Translations under genes and position numbers: made by a program | Source of the DNA: an uncultured Acidobacteriota bacterium | Lineage (GTDB): Bacteria; Acidobacteriota; Thermoanaerobaculia; Multivoradales; UBA5704 | Reading direction: 5' to 3' | Length of the DNA: 64,000 nt | NCBI GenBank assembly: GCA_963795735.1 | Contig: CAWCIU010000018.1 | Location: 1,602,262 to 1,666,261, forward strand | Part shown: positions 36,422 through 47,405 of the stretch, one piece after another | How the letters are laid out: each line of letters begins with the position of its first letter | Position numbering within the stretch: position 1 is the first letter of the stretch | Notes under the pieces: generated by a model | What the model was told of the DNA's origin: nothing | The model's input: the letters and a program-made list of their open reading frames with translations, nothing else | Database searches by the model: none

Positions 36422-37344
36422 GAAGCCATCGCCACCGCCAGCTTGTCGATCTCCGCCAAATCGGCCGGAGTGAGGTGCCAGCCGGCGGCGTGGACGTTGG
36501 CGCGGACCTGCTCGGGCGTGGTGGCGCCGGCGATTACCGAGGCGACGGCGGGATGCCTCAGCAGCCAGGAGAAGGCGAGCTCGAGCAGGGAGTGGCCGCG
36601 GAAAGCCGCGAAGTTGATCAGCTCCTCCACGACGTCGAGGTTGCGGTCGGTCAGGAAGCGCGAGGTGCCTCCTCCCTTCGACAGGCGCGTGTTCTCGGGC
36701 GGCGGCTGGCCGCGCCGGTACTTGCCCGAGAGCATCCCGCTGGCCAGCGGGAAGAAGGGCAGGAAGGCGAGCCCTTCCTTCTCGCATTCGGGGAGGACCT
36801 CCCCCTCCGGCTCCCGGTGCAGCAGGCTGTATTCGTTCTGCACGCTGACGAACTTCGCCCCCTGCCCCGCCGCCGCCTTCGCCTCCTGGATCTGCCGGGC
36901 GGAGAAGTTCGAGCAGCCGATCTCGCGCACCTTGCCGCCGCGCACCAGCTCGTCGAGCGCGGCGAGGGTGTCCGCGATGGGGGTCTCCGGGTCGGGCTGG
37001 TGGAGCTGGTAGAGGTCGATCCGGTCGGTGCGCAGCCGGCGCAGGCTGTCCTCGCAGGCCCGGCGGACGTAATCGGGCTTCGCCCCCTGCCGCCGGTCGT
37101 CCACCTTCATGCCGAACTTGGTGGCGAGGACCACGCGGTCCCGGCGGCCTGCGAGGGCGCGGCCGAGGAACTCCTCGCTCTCCGTGGCGCCGTAGATGTC
37201 CGCGGTATCGAGGAAATTGATGCCGGCGTCCAGGGCGGCGTCGACGACGGCCACGGTGCGGTCGTAGTCCAGCCGCCAGCCGAAGTTGTTGCAGCCGAGC
37301 CCGACGGTCGAGACTTCCAGGGAGCCGATTCTGCGGGTTTCCAT
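36418..37344 (-). CDS. Aldo/keto reductase family oxidoreductase.
   Basis: METRRIGSLEVSTVGLGCNNFGWRLDYDRTVAVVDAALDAGINFLDTADIYGATESEEFLGRAL…VLATKFG. This is an internal start of track ORF 36418-37380. Confidence 0.85.
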   Translation of the reverse strand: METRRIGSLEVSTVGLGCNNFGWRLDYDRTVAVVDAALDAGINFLDTADIYGATESEEFLGRALAGRRDRVVLATKFGMKVDDRRQGAKPDYVRRACEDSLRRLRTDRIDLYQLHQPDPETPIADTLAALDELVRGGKVREIGCSNFSARQIQEAKAAAGQGAKFVSVQNEYSLLHREPEGEVLPECEKEGLAFLPFFPLASGMLSGKYRRGQPPPENTRLSKGGGTSRFLTDRNLDVVEELINFAAFRGHSLLELAFSWLLRHPAVASVIAGATTPEQVRANVHAAGWHLTPADLAEIDKLAVAMAS

Positions 37345-37387
37345 GTGGGTTCCTCCATTCATCGCCATCTTCATCCTCACTTTATTC

Positions 37388-39774
37388 TCACCGCCGGGTC
37401 TTTGACAGCACCTCGGAATCCGGATTGAACGTCAGGCTCTTCGGTTTGGCCGCGAGCTCCAAAGGAAAGCTCTGCTCGGATCGATCCACCATCACCCGGC
37501 GGCGCTCGGTGTGGCCGTCGGCATATTCGATGGCGACCGGGACGGACATCCTGAAGCCGGCGGGGACCTCCGTCTGCTGGACCTTCAGGGTGGCCACGTA
37601 CTTCCCCCCGGCGCCGGGCGAGCCGGCGAGGTCGTAACTCCAGCGATAGGCGGGGATGCCCATGCCGTTCACCCACTCGTCGAAGAACCAGGACCAGTCG
37701 CCGGGGGCGTGGCGGGCGAGGACGGCCTCGAAGTCGCCGGTGGAGGGGGCTTTCCCCTGGTAGGTGTGGAGGAAATCGCGCAGGACGTCGAGGAAGACCT
37801 GATCGCTCCCGGTCTGGTCGCGCAGCAGGCCGCGCAGCATGTGGAGCACGAGGGGCCCCTTGCCGTAGACCTGCGAGCCGTAGGCGGTCGGCACCTCGCC
37901 GGTGTCCGCCCGCCAGCCGTGACCGATCGGACCGGTGCGGTCGCCATGGTGGAAATTCGCCTTGTTCACGGCCATGCGGGTGAACTTGCTGAAGCCGGAC
38001 TTGATCGAGCCGTTCTGCTCGTCGTTGTAGGCGCGAACGATCTCCTGGAGGAGCTGCGGGCCGTTCTTCACCGTCGCCTCGACGAACATCATCCCCGAGT
38101 ACTCGGCGAAGGCCTCTCCCAGCCAGGCGTCGCGGTAGCTCGCCGCGCCCACCATCACCCCCCAGAACTGGTGCGCCGCCTCGTGCGCCCGGAAAGCTCC
38201 CCCACCCCGGGTCCCAGGAGGTCGAAGCTCTTGTGGGCCAGTTGGATGAAGCCGTCGAACGCCTGGCCGTGGGTGCCGTTGATGCTGGAGACGTAGATGG
38301 GCGTGTCGGGGAGCCTGGCGTCGAAGAGCTTCTGGTAGAAGGCCAGGCTGTTGCTGACGTCCTGCCCCACCTCGCGGAAGCGGGTGCCGCTGGTCAGCGG
38401 GGCCTTCGAGCCGAAGCAGATGACGTCCGGCACCCCTTCCTGGGTGACCCGCTCCTCGTGGAGGTAGTCGGCGTAGGTGAAGGTCAGCATCTTGACCGGA
38501 TGGTCGACGACCCAGACGGTGGTCACGGTCTTGCCGTCGTCCCTGCCGCTCCCCTCCTCGCGGCGGCCGCTGGCGCGCACCTCGAACTTCTTGCGCGAGG
38601 TCAGCTCGAGGCGGGCGGTGTGGGTGTCGAGCAGGAAGACCTCGTCAGGCTCGGGCCGCGGGTACCAGTCGCGGCCCGGGGCGTAGTTGAGGACGTCCAT
38701 CTCGTACTCGAGGTCGAGCCGCCGCTCGGCGCCCTTGGCGAGGGGCGGATCGAGCAGCACGAGGAGCGAGGCGTCGTACAGCCGGTCGTCGAGGTTGGCG
38801 CGGCGGGCGCCGACGTGATCGCGCAGGAACGGCAGGGGCTTTCCCCCCTCGCTCACCGCGGTCACCTTGGCGAAGTTGTCGAGGTAGAGCTGCACCGCCC
38901 GGGCGCCGTCGCGCTGCGGCAGCAGGCGGACGCCGACCTTGAAGCGCCCCTTCATCCAGTCCTTGTCGCGGCCGCCCTCGGTGAGGTCGGCGGCGATGTC
39001 GAAGTGCTGGATGTCGATCGCCGGCCGGTAGCGGCTGGTGGGCCGGCCGCGCTCGTCGCGCTCCTCCGGCCGGTCGAGGCTCACCCAGACCTCGATGGCG
39101 GGGTGCGCGGTGTTGAAGGTCTCGAGGTGGATCTCCTCCAGGCGCTGGGCGTCGTAGTCGAAGGTCAGCCAGCCGAAGTCGCCGGTCTTCATGTCGGCCC
39201 GGAGGTAGCGGTCGCCAGGGGAGGCGAGGGCCTCGACCACGCGGGCGTCGGCGTCGTAGAACCGCTGGGTGAGCCAATGCTCGTGCCGGTCGCGGGCGAG
39301 CTTGTTGACCGCGAAGCCGCCGGAGTACGGGAACCGGGCCGGATCGAGCGGCATGTCGCCGGCGGTTCCAGGCGAACCGGCGGCGCGGAGGACCAGCGCG
39401 GTGAAGGGCTCGTCGATCCCGGCGAGGTCGGGCCGCCGGGCGAAGCGCCGGAGCTGGGCGAGCTCGCTGGCGTCCGGCACGTCCATCCGGAACCGTCCCT
39501 TGCCTTCGAAGACCAGCCCGGTGACCGCGCCGGCCGCTCCCGCATCTCCGGGCAGGGGTTCCTCGAACCAGATGCGCCCGGACTCGAAGCTCCACGTCCC
39601 CCCCTCGACCGTCCAGCGCAAGCCCCCGGCCGGCACCGCCACGGGCTCGGTGCGGAACCGCCAGCGCTGGAGGCGGTCGTAATCGTCGCGCAGGGACTGG
39701 GCGGTCTGGGCGGCGACCGGAAGCGCGGGAAGGAGGAGGGCAAGGAGGGACAAAAGAAAGCGTTTGGGAAGCAT
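37388..39774 (-). CDS. Secreted M1-family aminopeptidase; a single gene with a homopolymer frameshift at about 38178.
   Basis: ORF 38155-39774 gives the N-terminal part with a signal peptide (MLPKRFLLSLLALLLPALPVAAQ). The HEAAHQFWG zinc motif is encoded out of frame at the junction (gagctttccggg lacks one T of TTTT). ORF 37388-38158 continues with …YRDAWLGEAFAEYSGMMF (the third zinc-ligand Glu region). Confidence 0.8.
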
Positions 39775-39908
39775 CGCGGGAAAGTGTAGCGGATCGGGCG
39801 CGCCGCGGCGTTCGGATCGGCGTCCCGGCCCCTGCTACACTCCCGGCCTCATGAACGGTCCCAAGGCGCGCTCCTCCGAGAACCTCCGCGGCCCGCCCCC
39901 GCTCCGCG

Positions 39909-42233
39909 TTGCTGCTGCTCACCGTCTTCTTCACCAACCTGCTGGGGCTCGCCTGCCAGGTGATCTGGCTGCGCAAGCTCTCGTACCTGTTCGGCTCGAC
40001 CGCCGTCGTCTTCAGCACGGTGCTGGCGGTCTTCCTGCTCGGCCTCGCCCTGGGCTCCCTGCTGGCGGGCCGGGCGGTGGACCGCAGCGCGCGGCCCTGG
40101 CGGCTGCTCGGCCGGCTCGAGATCGGGCTCGGAGTCTACTGCCTGCTCTCGATGCCGATCTTCGATCTGGGGAGACGGCTGTACCTGGCGGTCTTCCCGG
40201 GAGACCTGGCGCCGCTGCCCGCCGCCCTGGCCAAGCTCCTGGTGGTGCTGGTCGCGATGATCGGCCCGACGATGGCCATCGGCGCCGTTTTCCCGCTCGC
40301 CGTGCGCCTCCGCGGAAGAGACCTGGGGTCGCTCGGCCATGATCTCTCACGGGTCTATGGGCTGGACACCCTCGGGGCGGCCCTGGGAGCGCTGCTCGCC
40401 GGGTTCTTCCTGGTGCCCGAGCTGGGACTCTCGGCCTCGACCTGGCTGCTGGGGCTGGCGGCGGTGGGTCTCGGGCTGGTGATTCTCAGCGCCAAGGGGC
40501 GCGAGGGCCGGCAGGGACAGACGGCGCGGCGGCCGGCGGAGATCCCGCCGGTGTCTGCGTCGGCGTCCGGTTCCGCTCCCATCATGGAGGAGGGCACGCT
40601 CGCCGCCCTCTTCGTGACTTTCTTTCTGTCCGGTGCCGCGGCGCTGCTGCTCGAGACCGGCTGGAACCGCTTCTTCTCGCTGCTCAACGGCACCCACGTC
40701 TACTCCACCAGCACGGTGCTCGCCGGCTTCCTGACCGGGATCGGCGCCGGCAGCCTGCTGATGGGGCGCTGGATCGACCGCCTCCGCAATCCCTTCGCCG
40801 CCGTCGCCTACCTCTATGCCGTGATCGCCCTCTGCGGCATGCTGGTGTTCCGCTCGGAGGGGCTGTTCACCCGCGCCTACTTCGCGATCTTCCAAGCGAC
40901 GAGCGGCTACTACGCCTTCCAGCTCGGCGTCGGCCTGGTCGTCATCCTGATCGTCTTCCTGGCCACGCTTGCCATGGGGGCCAACTTCCCGCTGGTCGCC
41001 CGGCTGGCGGCTCGGGGCGCGGCCGAGCGGGGAACCTCGGCGGGGCGGGTCTTCTTCGCCAACACGCTGGGGGCGGTGGTCGGCGCGCTGCTGGCCGAGC
41101 TCGTTCTGCTGCCGGCCTGGGGATTCTCCGGCCTGATGGTGACGACGCTCGCCGTTTACGTGGTGGCCACGATCGTCTTCCTCGCCCTCTCGCCGGGCGA
41201 GCGGCGCTGGATCCACCTGGCGGCCTGCGCCGCCCTGCTCGGCGCGGCCGTGCTGCTGTCGCCGGCGATGCTGCCGTTCCAGATGCCCTACGAGGCGCTC
41301 TACTACCACGGCGTGCGCGCCGGCAGTCTGCGGCAGTACGAAAAGGAGCAGCGGGATCTGCGGCTCGTCGACCAGAGGCAGGGGTTCTACGGGCAGGTGG
41401 CGGTCGCCCGGCTCGGCCCGGACCTGCTGCTCAAGCACAACGGCAAGACGGACGCGAGCACGTCCATGCGGGACAACCGCACCCAGCTCCTGCTCGGCCA
41501 CCTCCCCCTGCTCTTCCACCCCAACCCGCGGCGGGTGCTGGCGATCGGCCTTGGCGGCGGCTTCACCCTGCGCGCCATCGTCCATCATCCGGAGCCCCAG
41601 AGCATCACGGTCGCCGAGATCGATCCGCTGGTGGTAGAGGCGGCGCGCCGCTGGTTCGCCCCCTACAACGACCGCGCGCTCGAGGATCCCCGCGTGCGCG
41701 TGGTGACCAACGACGGCCGCAACTTCATCGACGGCACCAGCGAGCGCTTCGACGTCATCACCTCGGAGCCGCCGAACATCTGGGTCTCCGGAGCGTCGGG
41801 GCTGTTCACCCAGGAGTTCTACCGCTCGGCCGCCGCCCACCTGACGGCGAGCGGCATCCTCTGCCAGTGGGTGCCGCTCTACGAGATGCAGCGGGAGGAT
41901 TTCCGGACCATGCTGCACACGATCACCACCGTCTTCCCCGAGGTCACCTTCTGGCAGGTGGGGACGGACGTGATCCTGCTCGCCTCGAAATCTCCGTTCC
42001 AGATCGAGCTCGAGCCGACCAAGGCGCGGCTGCGCAGCTCCGCCCTCGCCCGCGACTTCACCTCGATGGGCCTCACCGGCCGCGGGGTGCTCGAGCTGCT
42101 GAACTCTCCCGCCGTGCGGCCCGACCAGGTGCCCGCCTTCCTCGGCCGCGTGGACGCCGTGAACGTGGACGACCAGCCGGTGCTGGAGTTCTCGACGGCG
42201 CGGAACCTGTTCGAGCTGGCAAAGAAGAAATAG
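39909..42233 (+). CDS. Fused polytopic membrane domain plus spermidine-synthase-like (PABS) aminopropyltransferase.
   Basis: An N-terminal domain of 10 or more TM helices precedes the C-terminal PABS fold (RVLAIGLGGGFTLRAIVHHPEPQSITVAEIDPLVVEAARRWF…RVRVVTNDGRNFID…FDVITSEPPNIWVSGASGLFTQEFY). The true start is probably ATG at about 39851 (MNGPKARSSENLRGPPP…), with a frameshift in the C5 run near 39895. Confidence 0.7.
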   Translation: MLLLTVFFTNLLGLACQVIWLRKLSYLFGSTAVVFSTVLAVFLLGLALGSLLAGRAVDRSARPWRLLGRLEIGLGVYCLLSMPIFDLGRRLYLAVFPGDLAPLPAALAKLLVVLVAMIGPTMAIGAVFPLAVRLRGRDLGSLGHDLSRVYGLDTLGAALGALLAGFFLVPELGLSASTWLLGLAAVGLGLVILSAKGREGRQGQTARRPAEIPPVSASASGSAPIMEEGTLAALFVTFFLSGAAALLLETGWNRFFSLLNGTHVYSTSTVLAGFLTGIGAGSLLMGRWIDRLRNPFAAVAYLYAVIALCGMLVFRSEGLFTRAYFAIFQATSGYYAFQLGVGLVVILIVFLATLAMGANFPLVARLAARGAAERGTSAGRVFFANTLGAVVGALLAELVLLPAWGFSGLMVTTLAVYVVATIVFLALSPGERRWIHLAACAALLGAAVLLSPAMLPFQMPYEALYYHGVRAGSLRQYEKEQRDLRLVDQRQGFYGQVAVARLGPDLLLKHNGKTDASTSMRDNRTQLLLGHLPLLFHPNPRRVLAIGLGGGFTLRAIVHHPEPQSITVAEIDPLVVEAARRWFAPYNDRALEDPRVRVVTNDGRNFIDGTSERFDVITSEPPNIWVSGASGLFTQEFYRSAAAHLTASGILCQWVPLYEMQREDFRTMLHTITTVFPEVTFWQVGTDVILLASKSPFQIELEPTKARLRSSALARDFTSMGLTGRGVLELLNSPAVRPDQVPAFLGRVDAVNVDDQPVLEFSTARNLFELAKKK

Positions 42234-42236
42234 CCG

Positions 42237-44207
42237 CTACTCGAACCGGCCCACGTACAGCCCGCCCGCGTAGGAGGTGCTGTAGAGGACCCCGGGATGG
42301 GCACGGTCGATCCAGAGCCGGTCCGCCGTCTTCCCGGCTGCCAGAGGGGCGTCGATCGATTTGAAGGTGACGCCGCCGTCGTGGCTGATCACGAGCGGGT
42401 CCCCCGCGAAGTAGAGGGTGTCCGGATCGGCGGGATCCACGGCCATCCCGCCGTCGAAGCTCCCTCCCGCGCCGGGGGGCAGGTCGCCGTTGACGGTCTT
42501 CCAGCTCCCTCCGCCGTCGACGCTCCGGAGCAGGAGGCCGTCATTGAACGCATAGAGGATGCGGGAGTCGGTCGGCGCCACGGCGAAGAGGTACGGGCTT
42601 CTCAGCGCCAGCACCGTCCAGGTGGCGCCGCCATCCTGGGTCCCGAAGACTTCGTTGCGGAAGGGGTGGGTATCCCCATTCACCAGGAATTGCGCGTAGG
42701 CGGTGCGGGGGGCTCTGGGATCGGCCCAGATGGCGATCGGGACCCGGTAGCCGCTGCCGCCGTCCGGGGTGTCGCAAGGGATCTTCTTCCGCCAGGTCCG
42801 GCCCTCGTCCGTGCTCTGCGCGAGCCCGCAATCGAGAGCGATCAGCGTCTGGTGGCCGAGGGCGGCGAGCCGGCCCCCCTGGGGGGAGAGCCACGTCCAG
42901 CTCTCCCCGCCGTCGGCGCTCTTCCAGGTCCCCGCCTGATCGGTCCCGTACAGGAGGTCGGGGTCCGTGGGATCGAAAGCCAGGAAGTTCAGCCCGTTGC
43001 GGGCGTTCGCGCGAGCGAAGGGCTGCCAGGTCCGGCCATCATCGACGCTGCGGAAGCTGCGGCCGTCGTTCTGGAAGAGGTAGAGGGTCCCGGGGCGCAG
43101 CGGATGGGACTGCAGATTGAGGATATAGGCGGCGGTGAGGCCCGCCTCGAAACCGGTCCGCCATCCCGCCCCGGAGCTCTCGCTCCGGGCGACTCCCCAG
43201 CCCGTCGTCCCGGCAAAGAGGGTCTCCGGCCGCGAGGGCGCCAGGGCGAGCGAGAGAACCGGCAGCGGCTTGTTGTCGGGCCGGCGAGGCAGGCCGGCGC
43301 CGATCGTCCGCCAGGACCTTCCCCCGTCCGCGCTGGTCGCGATGCCTCTATCGCCCGCCACATAGAGCGTATCCGGCGAGCGCGGGTCGACGAGCAGGCT
43401 CCATGGGGCGTTGGTAGGCGGCATCTTGCCCACCCTGTGCCAGGTCGCGGCTCCGTCGTTGCTGCGGAAAACGCTCTTTTCGTTGTTCAGCAGCACGTAG
43501 AGCGTCTTGGGAGCGGAGGGAGCGAGGGCTAAGGCGGCGCCGGAGAAATCAGCTCCGGTGCTCCCCGGAGGCTTCGGGAGCGTCCAGTGCATCCCCTTGT
43601 CGTCACTCCTGAAGAGCGCGTCGTCGTTCAGGCTATAGACGCGTCTCGGATCGGCCGGGTCCACCAGGATCGACCGGACGTAGAACTGGTCTTCTTCGAC
43701 GATCGACCAGGTCCGGCCGCCGTCCGCGCTTCGCAGCAGCCGCGAAAAGTCCGCCGCGAGCAGGACGCCTCCCGGCACCACCGCCAGAACCGTGAGGTAG
43801 GGGGGCTCGTTCTCCAAGTGAGGGTAGATGTCGGTCCACGTGCTGCCCCCGTCGGTGCTGCGCAGGAGGTTGGAACCGCCGGCGTAGATCGTCGAGGGGT
43901 GCTCCGGATCGATCGCCAGGATCTCCGCCGGGATGAGACTCTTCCAGGTCTCGCCGCCGTCCGTGCTCTTGAAGAGCGAGTTCCTAAGGTCGTAATCATC
44001 GCCGGTGCCGATCGCGTAGACCACCGCGGGATTTCGTGGATCGACCGCCAAGGCCTTGAAGGTGCCGCCGCCTGGGCCGAAGGGGCTCCAGCGGCCCACT
44101 TCGACCTGCGGCGGCTGCCCGAACGCGGTCGACCGCGGAACCAGGAGAACGGCCGCCGCCAGGAGAACGAAGCTCGACAGCGATCGCGTACGCCTGGCTC
44201 GGCCCAT
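42237..44207 (-). CDS. Secreted BNR/Asp-box repeat beta-propeller protein (sortilin/VPS10- or GH74-like), 656 aa.
   Basis: About 10 repeats of the S.DGG.TW motif (STDGGETW, STDGGSTW, SADGGRTW, SDDKGMHW, SNDGAATW, SADGGRSW, SVDDGRTW, SADGGESW, STDEGRTW, TQDGGATW, SVDGGGSW). Signal peptide MGRARRTRSLSSFVLLAAAVLLVP. Confidence 0.75.
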   Translation of the reverse strand: MGRARRTRSLSSFVLLAAAVLLVPRSTAFGQPPQVEVGRWSPFGPGGGTFKALAVDPRNPAVVYAIGTGDDYDLRNSLFKSTDGGETWKSLIPAEILAIDPEHPSTIYAGGSNLLRSTDGGSTWTDIYPHLENEPPYLTVLAVVPGGVLLAADFSRLLRSADGGRTWSIVEEDQFYVRSILVDPADPRRVYSLNDDALFRSDDKGMHWTLPKPPGSTGADFSGAALALAPSAPKTLYVLLNNEKSVFRSNDGAATWHRVGKMPPTNAPWSLLVDPRSPDTLYVAGDRGIATSADGGRSWRTIGAGLPRRPDNKPLPVLSLALAPSRPETLFAGTTGWGVARSESSGAGWRTGFEAGLTAAYILNLQSHPLRPGTLYLFQNDGRSFRSVDDGRTWQPFARANARNGLNFLAFDPTDPDLLYGTDQAGTWKSADGGESWTWLSPQGGRLAALGHQTLIALDCGLAQSTDEGRTWRKKIPCDTPDGGSGYRVPIAIWADPRAPRTAYAQFLVNGDTHPFRNEVFGTQDGGATWTVLALRSPYLFAVAPTDSRILYAFNDGLLLRSVDGGGSWKTVNGDLPPGAGGSFDGGMAVDPADPDTLYFAGDPLVISHDGGVTFKSIDAPLAAGKTADRLWIDRAHPGVLYSTSYAGGLYVGRFE

Positions 44208-44233
44208 GAAGTTTCCTCCCTCGACCTCGAACG

Positions 44234-46201
44234 TTATTCGAACCGGCCCGCGTACAGGCCGCCGTAGGCCGCGCGGGCGAAGACGAGCCCCGGTTGGGTG
44301 CGATCGGTCCAGAGTTGGAGCAACCCCTTCTTCCCGGCCTCCAGTGGGGCGCCGTTCAGCCGAAGGGTCCTGCCACCGTCGTGGCTGATCAGCAGGCCGT
44401 CGCCGGCGGCGAGGTAGAGCTTGTAGGGATTCACCGCATCCACCGCCAGGACGCCGTAGAGGATGTCGGCGTCGGCCGGCAGGTGCGCGTCGACCACCTT
44501 CCAGCTCGCGCCCCCGTCGTCGCTGCGAAGCAGGTGGTACACCGTGGGGATGGTGAGAGTGCTGTCCATGGCATAGAGAACCCGGGAATCGCTGGGCGCC
44601 ACGGCGAAGGCGGTCGGCAGGTGCGGGAAGCGCAGGCTCGTCCAGGTGGCGCCGCCGTCCCCGGTCTTGAAGACCTCGAAGAGGAAGTCGTGGGTGCCCC
44701 CGATCAGGTAGTAGTGGACGTAGGCGGTGCGGGAGTCCTGTGGATCGACCCAGAGGGAGATCGGATAGCGCCGGTCACCGTTGTCGTTCTCGCAGGCGAT
44801 CACCTGCGTCCAGGTCCGGCCGCCGTCCGGGCTCCGGCTCAGGCCGCAATTGGCGGCCAGGAGGGTCTGGCGGCCAAGCAGGGCGAGGCGGTCCGCCGCC
44901 GGGCCGGCGAGGCGCTCCCAGACCTCCCCGCCGTCGGTGCTCTTCCAGATCCCCACGGTGGTAGCCGCGTAGAGGGTGTCCGGGGCGAGGGGGTCGAAGG
45001 CGAGGTCGTTCAGCCCGTTCTGGGCGATGTCGCGGGCGAAGGGTAGCCAGCTCCGGCCGCCGTCCGTGCTGCGGAAGGAGCGCGTCCCGCCGGCCTGAAC
45101 GACGTAGACGGTGCCCGGCCGCGAGGGGTGGAACTTCAGCATCGTGATCAAGCCGGCATTCAGGCCGGTCTCGACGCCGATCCGCCACCGGGCTCCGGCG
45201 CTCGCGCTGCGGGCGACGCCCCATCCGGAAGAGCCGGCATAGAGAGTCGCCGGCTGGGAGGGGGCCAGCGCGAGCGCGAGGAAGGCCAGCGGCTTGCCCA
45301 GCGGCATGGGGAGGCCGGTCTGGAGCCGGGCCCAGCTCTGCCCGCCGTCCCCGCTGGTGAAGATCCCGCCACCCCCGGCCGCGTAGAGCCTCGACGCCGA
45401 CCCCGGATCGACCAGCAGCGCCCGCTCGGCAAGGGACGGGATCTCTCCGACCCGGAGCCAGGTCGCGGCCCCGTCGTCGCTGCGGAAGATCGACGTGACC
45501 CCGAGGTTGGTCAGCGAGGCATAGATGGTGGCCGGCGAGGCAGGAGCGAGGGCGAGACGGGCGATCTGGAAGTCCACGAGGCCCTGGTTCGGCGGGTTGC
45601 CCGCCTTCGTCCAGGTGGCTCCCCCGTCGACGCTCCGCCAGAGCTCGAATTCGTTGGCTACGTAGAGCCGGCTCGGATCGGCGGGGTCCACCTGGAGGGA
45701 GTGGAAGCCGGTCGAGTGAAAGATCACGTCGATCGGGGTGGCCGTCCAGGTCCGGCCGCCGTCAACGCTCCGCAGCAGCCGGTCGGTAGTGACGGCGAAG
45801 ACGGTCCCGCCTGCGAAGGTCAGGTCCCCGATCTGCGAATCGATGAGGTGGGAATCCGCCAGCACCGTTCTCCAGGTCTGGCCGCCGTCCCGGCTGCGCG
45901 CGATATTGGCGCCGGCGGCGTAGACCGTCGTGGGGTGGGACGGATCGACCGCCACGTCCGAGAAGCCCGGGCCCACCCGCGCCTTCCAGGTCAGGCCGCC
46001 ATCGGCACTCTGGTAGACCACCCCGGCCGCCGCCGCGTAGACCACCCTGGGGTCCACGGGATCGACCGCCTCGGACGAGACGTCGCCGCCCCCGGGGCCG
46101 AAGCCGGTCCAGGCGCCGGTCACCGGCTGCGCGAAGGCGGCGACGCACAGGAACAGAAAAAGGGACATCGTCCCCAGCAAGAGGGAGAACGCTTCGGACA
46201 T
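44234..46201 (-). CDS. Secreted BNR/Asp-box repeat beta-propeller protein, a paralog of the 42237-44207 product.
   Basis: It has the same repeat architecture and a similar C-terminus (…GGLYAGRFE versus …GGLYVGRFE). The probable start is MSEAFSLLLGTMSLFLFLCVAAFAQP (signal peptide), an internal start of ORF 44234-46252. Confidence 0.75.
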   Translation of the reverse strand: MSEAFSLLLGTMSLFLFLCVAAFAQPVTGAWTGFGPGGGDVSSEAVDPVDPRVVYAAAAGVVYQSADGGLTWKARVGPGFSDVAVDPSHPTTVYAAGANIARSRDGGQTWRTVLADSHLIDSQIGDLTFAGGTVFAVTTDRLLRSVDGGRTWTATPIDVIFHSTGFHSLQVDPADPSRLYVANEFELWRSVDGGATWTKAGNPPNQGLVDFQIARLALAPASPATIYASLTNLGVTSIFRSDDGAATWLRVGEIPSLAERALLVDPGSASRLYAAGGGGIFTSGDGGQSWARLQTGLPMPLGKPLAFLALALAPSQPATLYAGSSGWGVARSASAGARWRIGVETGLNAGLITMLKFHPSRPGTVYVVQAGGTRSFRSTDGGRSWLPFARDIAQNGLNDLAFDPLAPDTLYAATTVGIWKSTDGGEVWERLAGPAADRLALLGRQTLLAANCGLSRSPDGGRTWTQVIACENDNGDRRYPISLWVDPQDSRTAYVHYYLIGGTHDFLFEVFKTGDGGATWTSLRFPHLPTAFAVAPSDSRVLYAMDSTLTIPTVYHLLRSDDGGASWKVVDAHLPADADILYGVLAVDAVNPYKLYLAAGDGLLISHDGGRTLRLNGAPLEAGKKGLLQLWTDRTQPGLVFARAAYGGLYAGRFE

Positions 46202-46303
46202 CGTCGACGGCTTCCCGTTCATTGAAAGGCTCCTTAAAGGCTGCCTGCTCATCTTATGCTATATCCGCTTATTTTTGTGGAGTATCATCCGGTCCGCCTC
46301 CCG

Positions 46304-47404
46304 ATGAGCACGCTCTCCCACCCCAGCGTCGAGATCCAGGACGTCACCAAACGCTTCGGTCTCTCCAGCGAAGTGACGGCGGTCGACGGAGTGTCGCTCG
46401 CCATCGGCCGCGGCGAGTTCTTCGCCCTGCTGGGGCCGAGCGGCTGCGGCAAGACGACGCTGCTGCGGATGATCGCCGGCCTGGAGACGCCGGACGCCGG
46501 GGCGATCCGCATCCAGGGGAAGGACGTGACCCGCGTGCCGCCGCACCGGCGGCCGGTCAACATGGTCTTCCAGCAGTACGCCCTCTTCCCCCATCTGACC
46601 GTCGCGGAGAACGTCGGCTTCGGCCTGCGCTACAAGTCGCTACCCGCCTCCAAGGTGGCCGAGGCGCTGGCGCTGGTGCGGCTCGAGGGGCTCGAGCGTC
46701 GCCGGCCGGACCAACTGAGCGGCGGTCAGCGGCAGCGGGTGGCGCTCGCCCGCGCCCTGGTGCTCGAGCCCGAGGTGCTGCTGCTCGACGAGCCGCTCGC
46801 CGCGCTGGATCCCAACCTGCGCCGGGAGGTGCAGTTGGAGCTCAAGGGACTCCAGCGCGAGCTCGGGATCACCTTCGTCTTCGTCACCCACGACCGCGAG
46901 GAGGCGCTGGCGATGAGCGACCGGATCGCGGTGATGAACCGGGGGCGGGTCGAACAGGTGGGGAGCCCGGCCGGAGTCTTCGAGGCCCCCGAGACGGAGT
47001 TCGTGGCCCGCTTCCTGGGCGCCACCAACGTCTTCACCGCCGAGGTGCGGCGGCTGGAGGACGGCCTCCTCTTCCTCCAGCTTCCGGACGGCACCGGGCT
47101 CGCCGTGCCCGCCGCAGGCGCCTCCCGGCTGCGGCGCGAGCCGGTGCGCTTCGTGGTCCGTCCGGAAAAGCTCGCCCTGCGCGCCGTCCCCTCCCCCACC
47201 GAGGTGTCGCTGGCGGTGACGGTCGAGGACCGCGTTTACCACGGCGCCAGCACCGAGTGGATCGTCCGCGGTCGCGGCGGCGAGCGCTTCACCGTCCTCG
47301 CCCAGAACGCCGGACCGGCCGGCGAGGCGCCGCTGTTCTCCCCAGGAAGTCCTGCCTTCCTGGGGTGGGACGCGCGGCACAGCGTGGTTTTGCGGGAGCC
47401 CTGA
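46304..47404 (+). CDS. potA: Spermidine/putrescine ABC transporter ATP-binding protein.
   Basis: Walker [10 protein letters not shown], signature [15 protein letters not shown], Walker B LLLDEP, and a TOBE-like C-terminal domain. Start [14 protein letters not shown]. Confidence 0.85.
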   Translation: MSTLSHPSVEIQDVTKRFGLSSEVTAVDGVSLAIGRGEFFALLGPSGCGKTTLLRMIAGLETPDAGAIRIQGKDVTRVPPHRRPVNMVFQQYALFPHLTVAENVGFGLRYKSLPASKVAEALALVRLEGLERRRPDQLSGGQRQRVALARALVLEPEVLLLDEPLAALDPNLRREVQLELKGLQRELGITFVFVTHDREEALAMSDRIAVMNRGRVEQVGSPAGVFEAPETEFVARFLGATNVFTAEVRRLEDGLLFLQLPDGTGLAVPAAGASRLRREPVRFVVRPEKLALRAVPSPTEVSLAVTVEDRVYHGASTEWIVRGRGGERFTVLAQNAGPAGEAPLFSPGSPAFLGWDARHSVVLREP

Positions 47405-47405
47405 G

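Noticed and set aside
39764-40342. A separate 192-aa ORF upstream of, and overlapping, the spermidine-synthase-like gene.
   Set aside because: Its first 17 residues (MNGPKARSSENLRGPPP) are probably the true N-terminus of the downstream gene, displaced by a homopolymer indel. The rest is out-of-frame read-through.
42237-46252. Possible tRNA genes suggested by TTCGAACC at the 3' ends of both BNR genes.
   Set aside because: The motif is the coding sequence for the conserved C-terminal …GRFE-stop of the paralogs. No cloverleaf context is present. No tRNA-like T-loop or acceptor pairs were found in any intergenic region scanned by eye.
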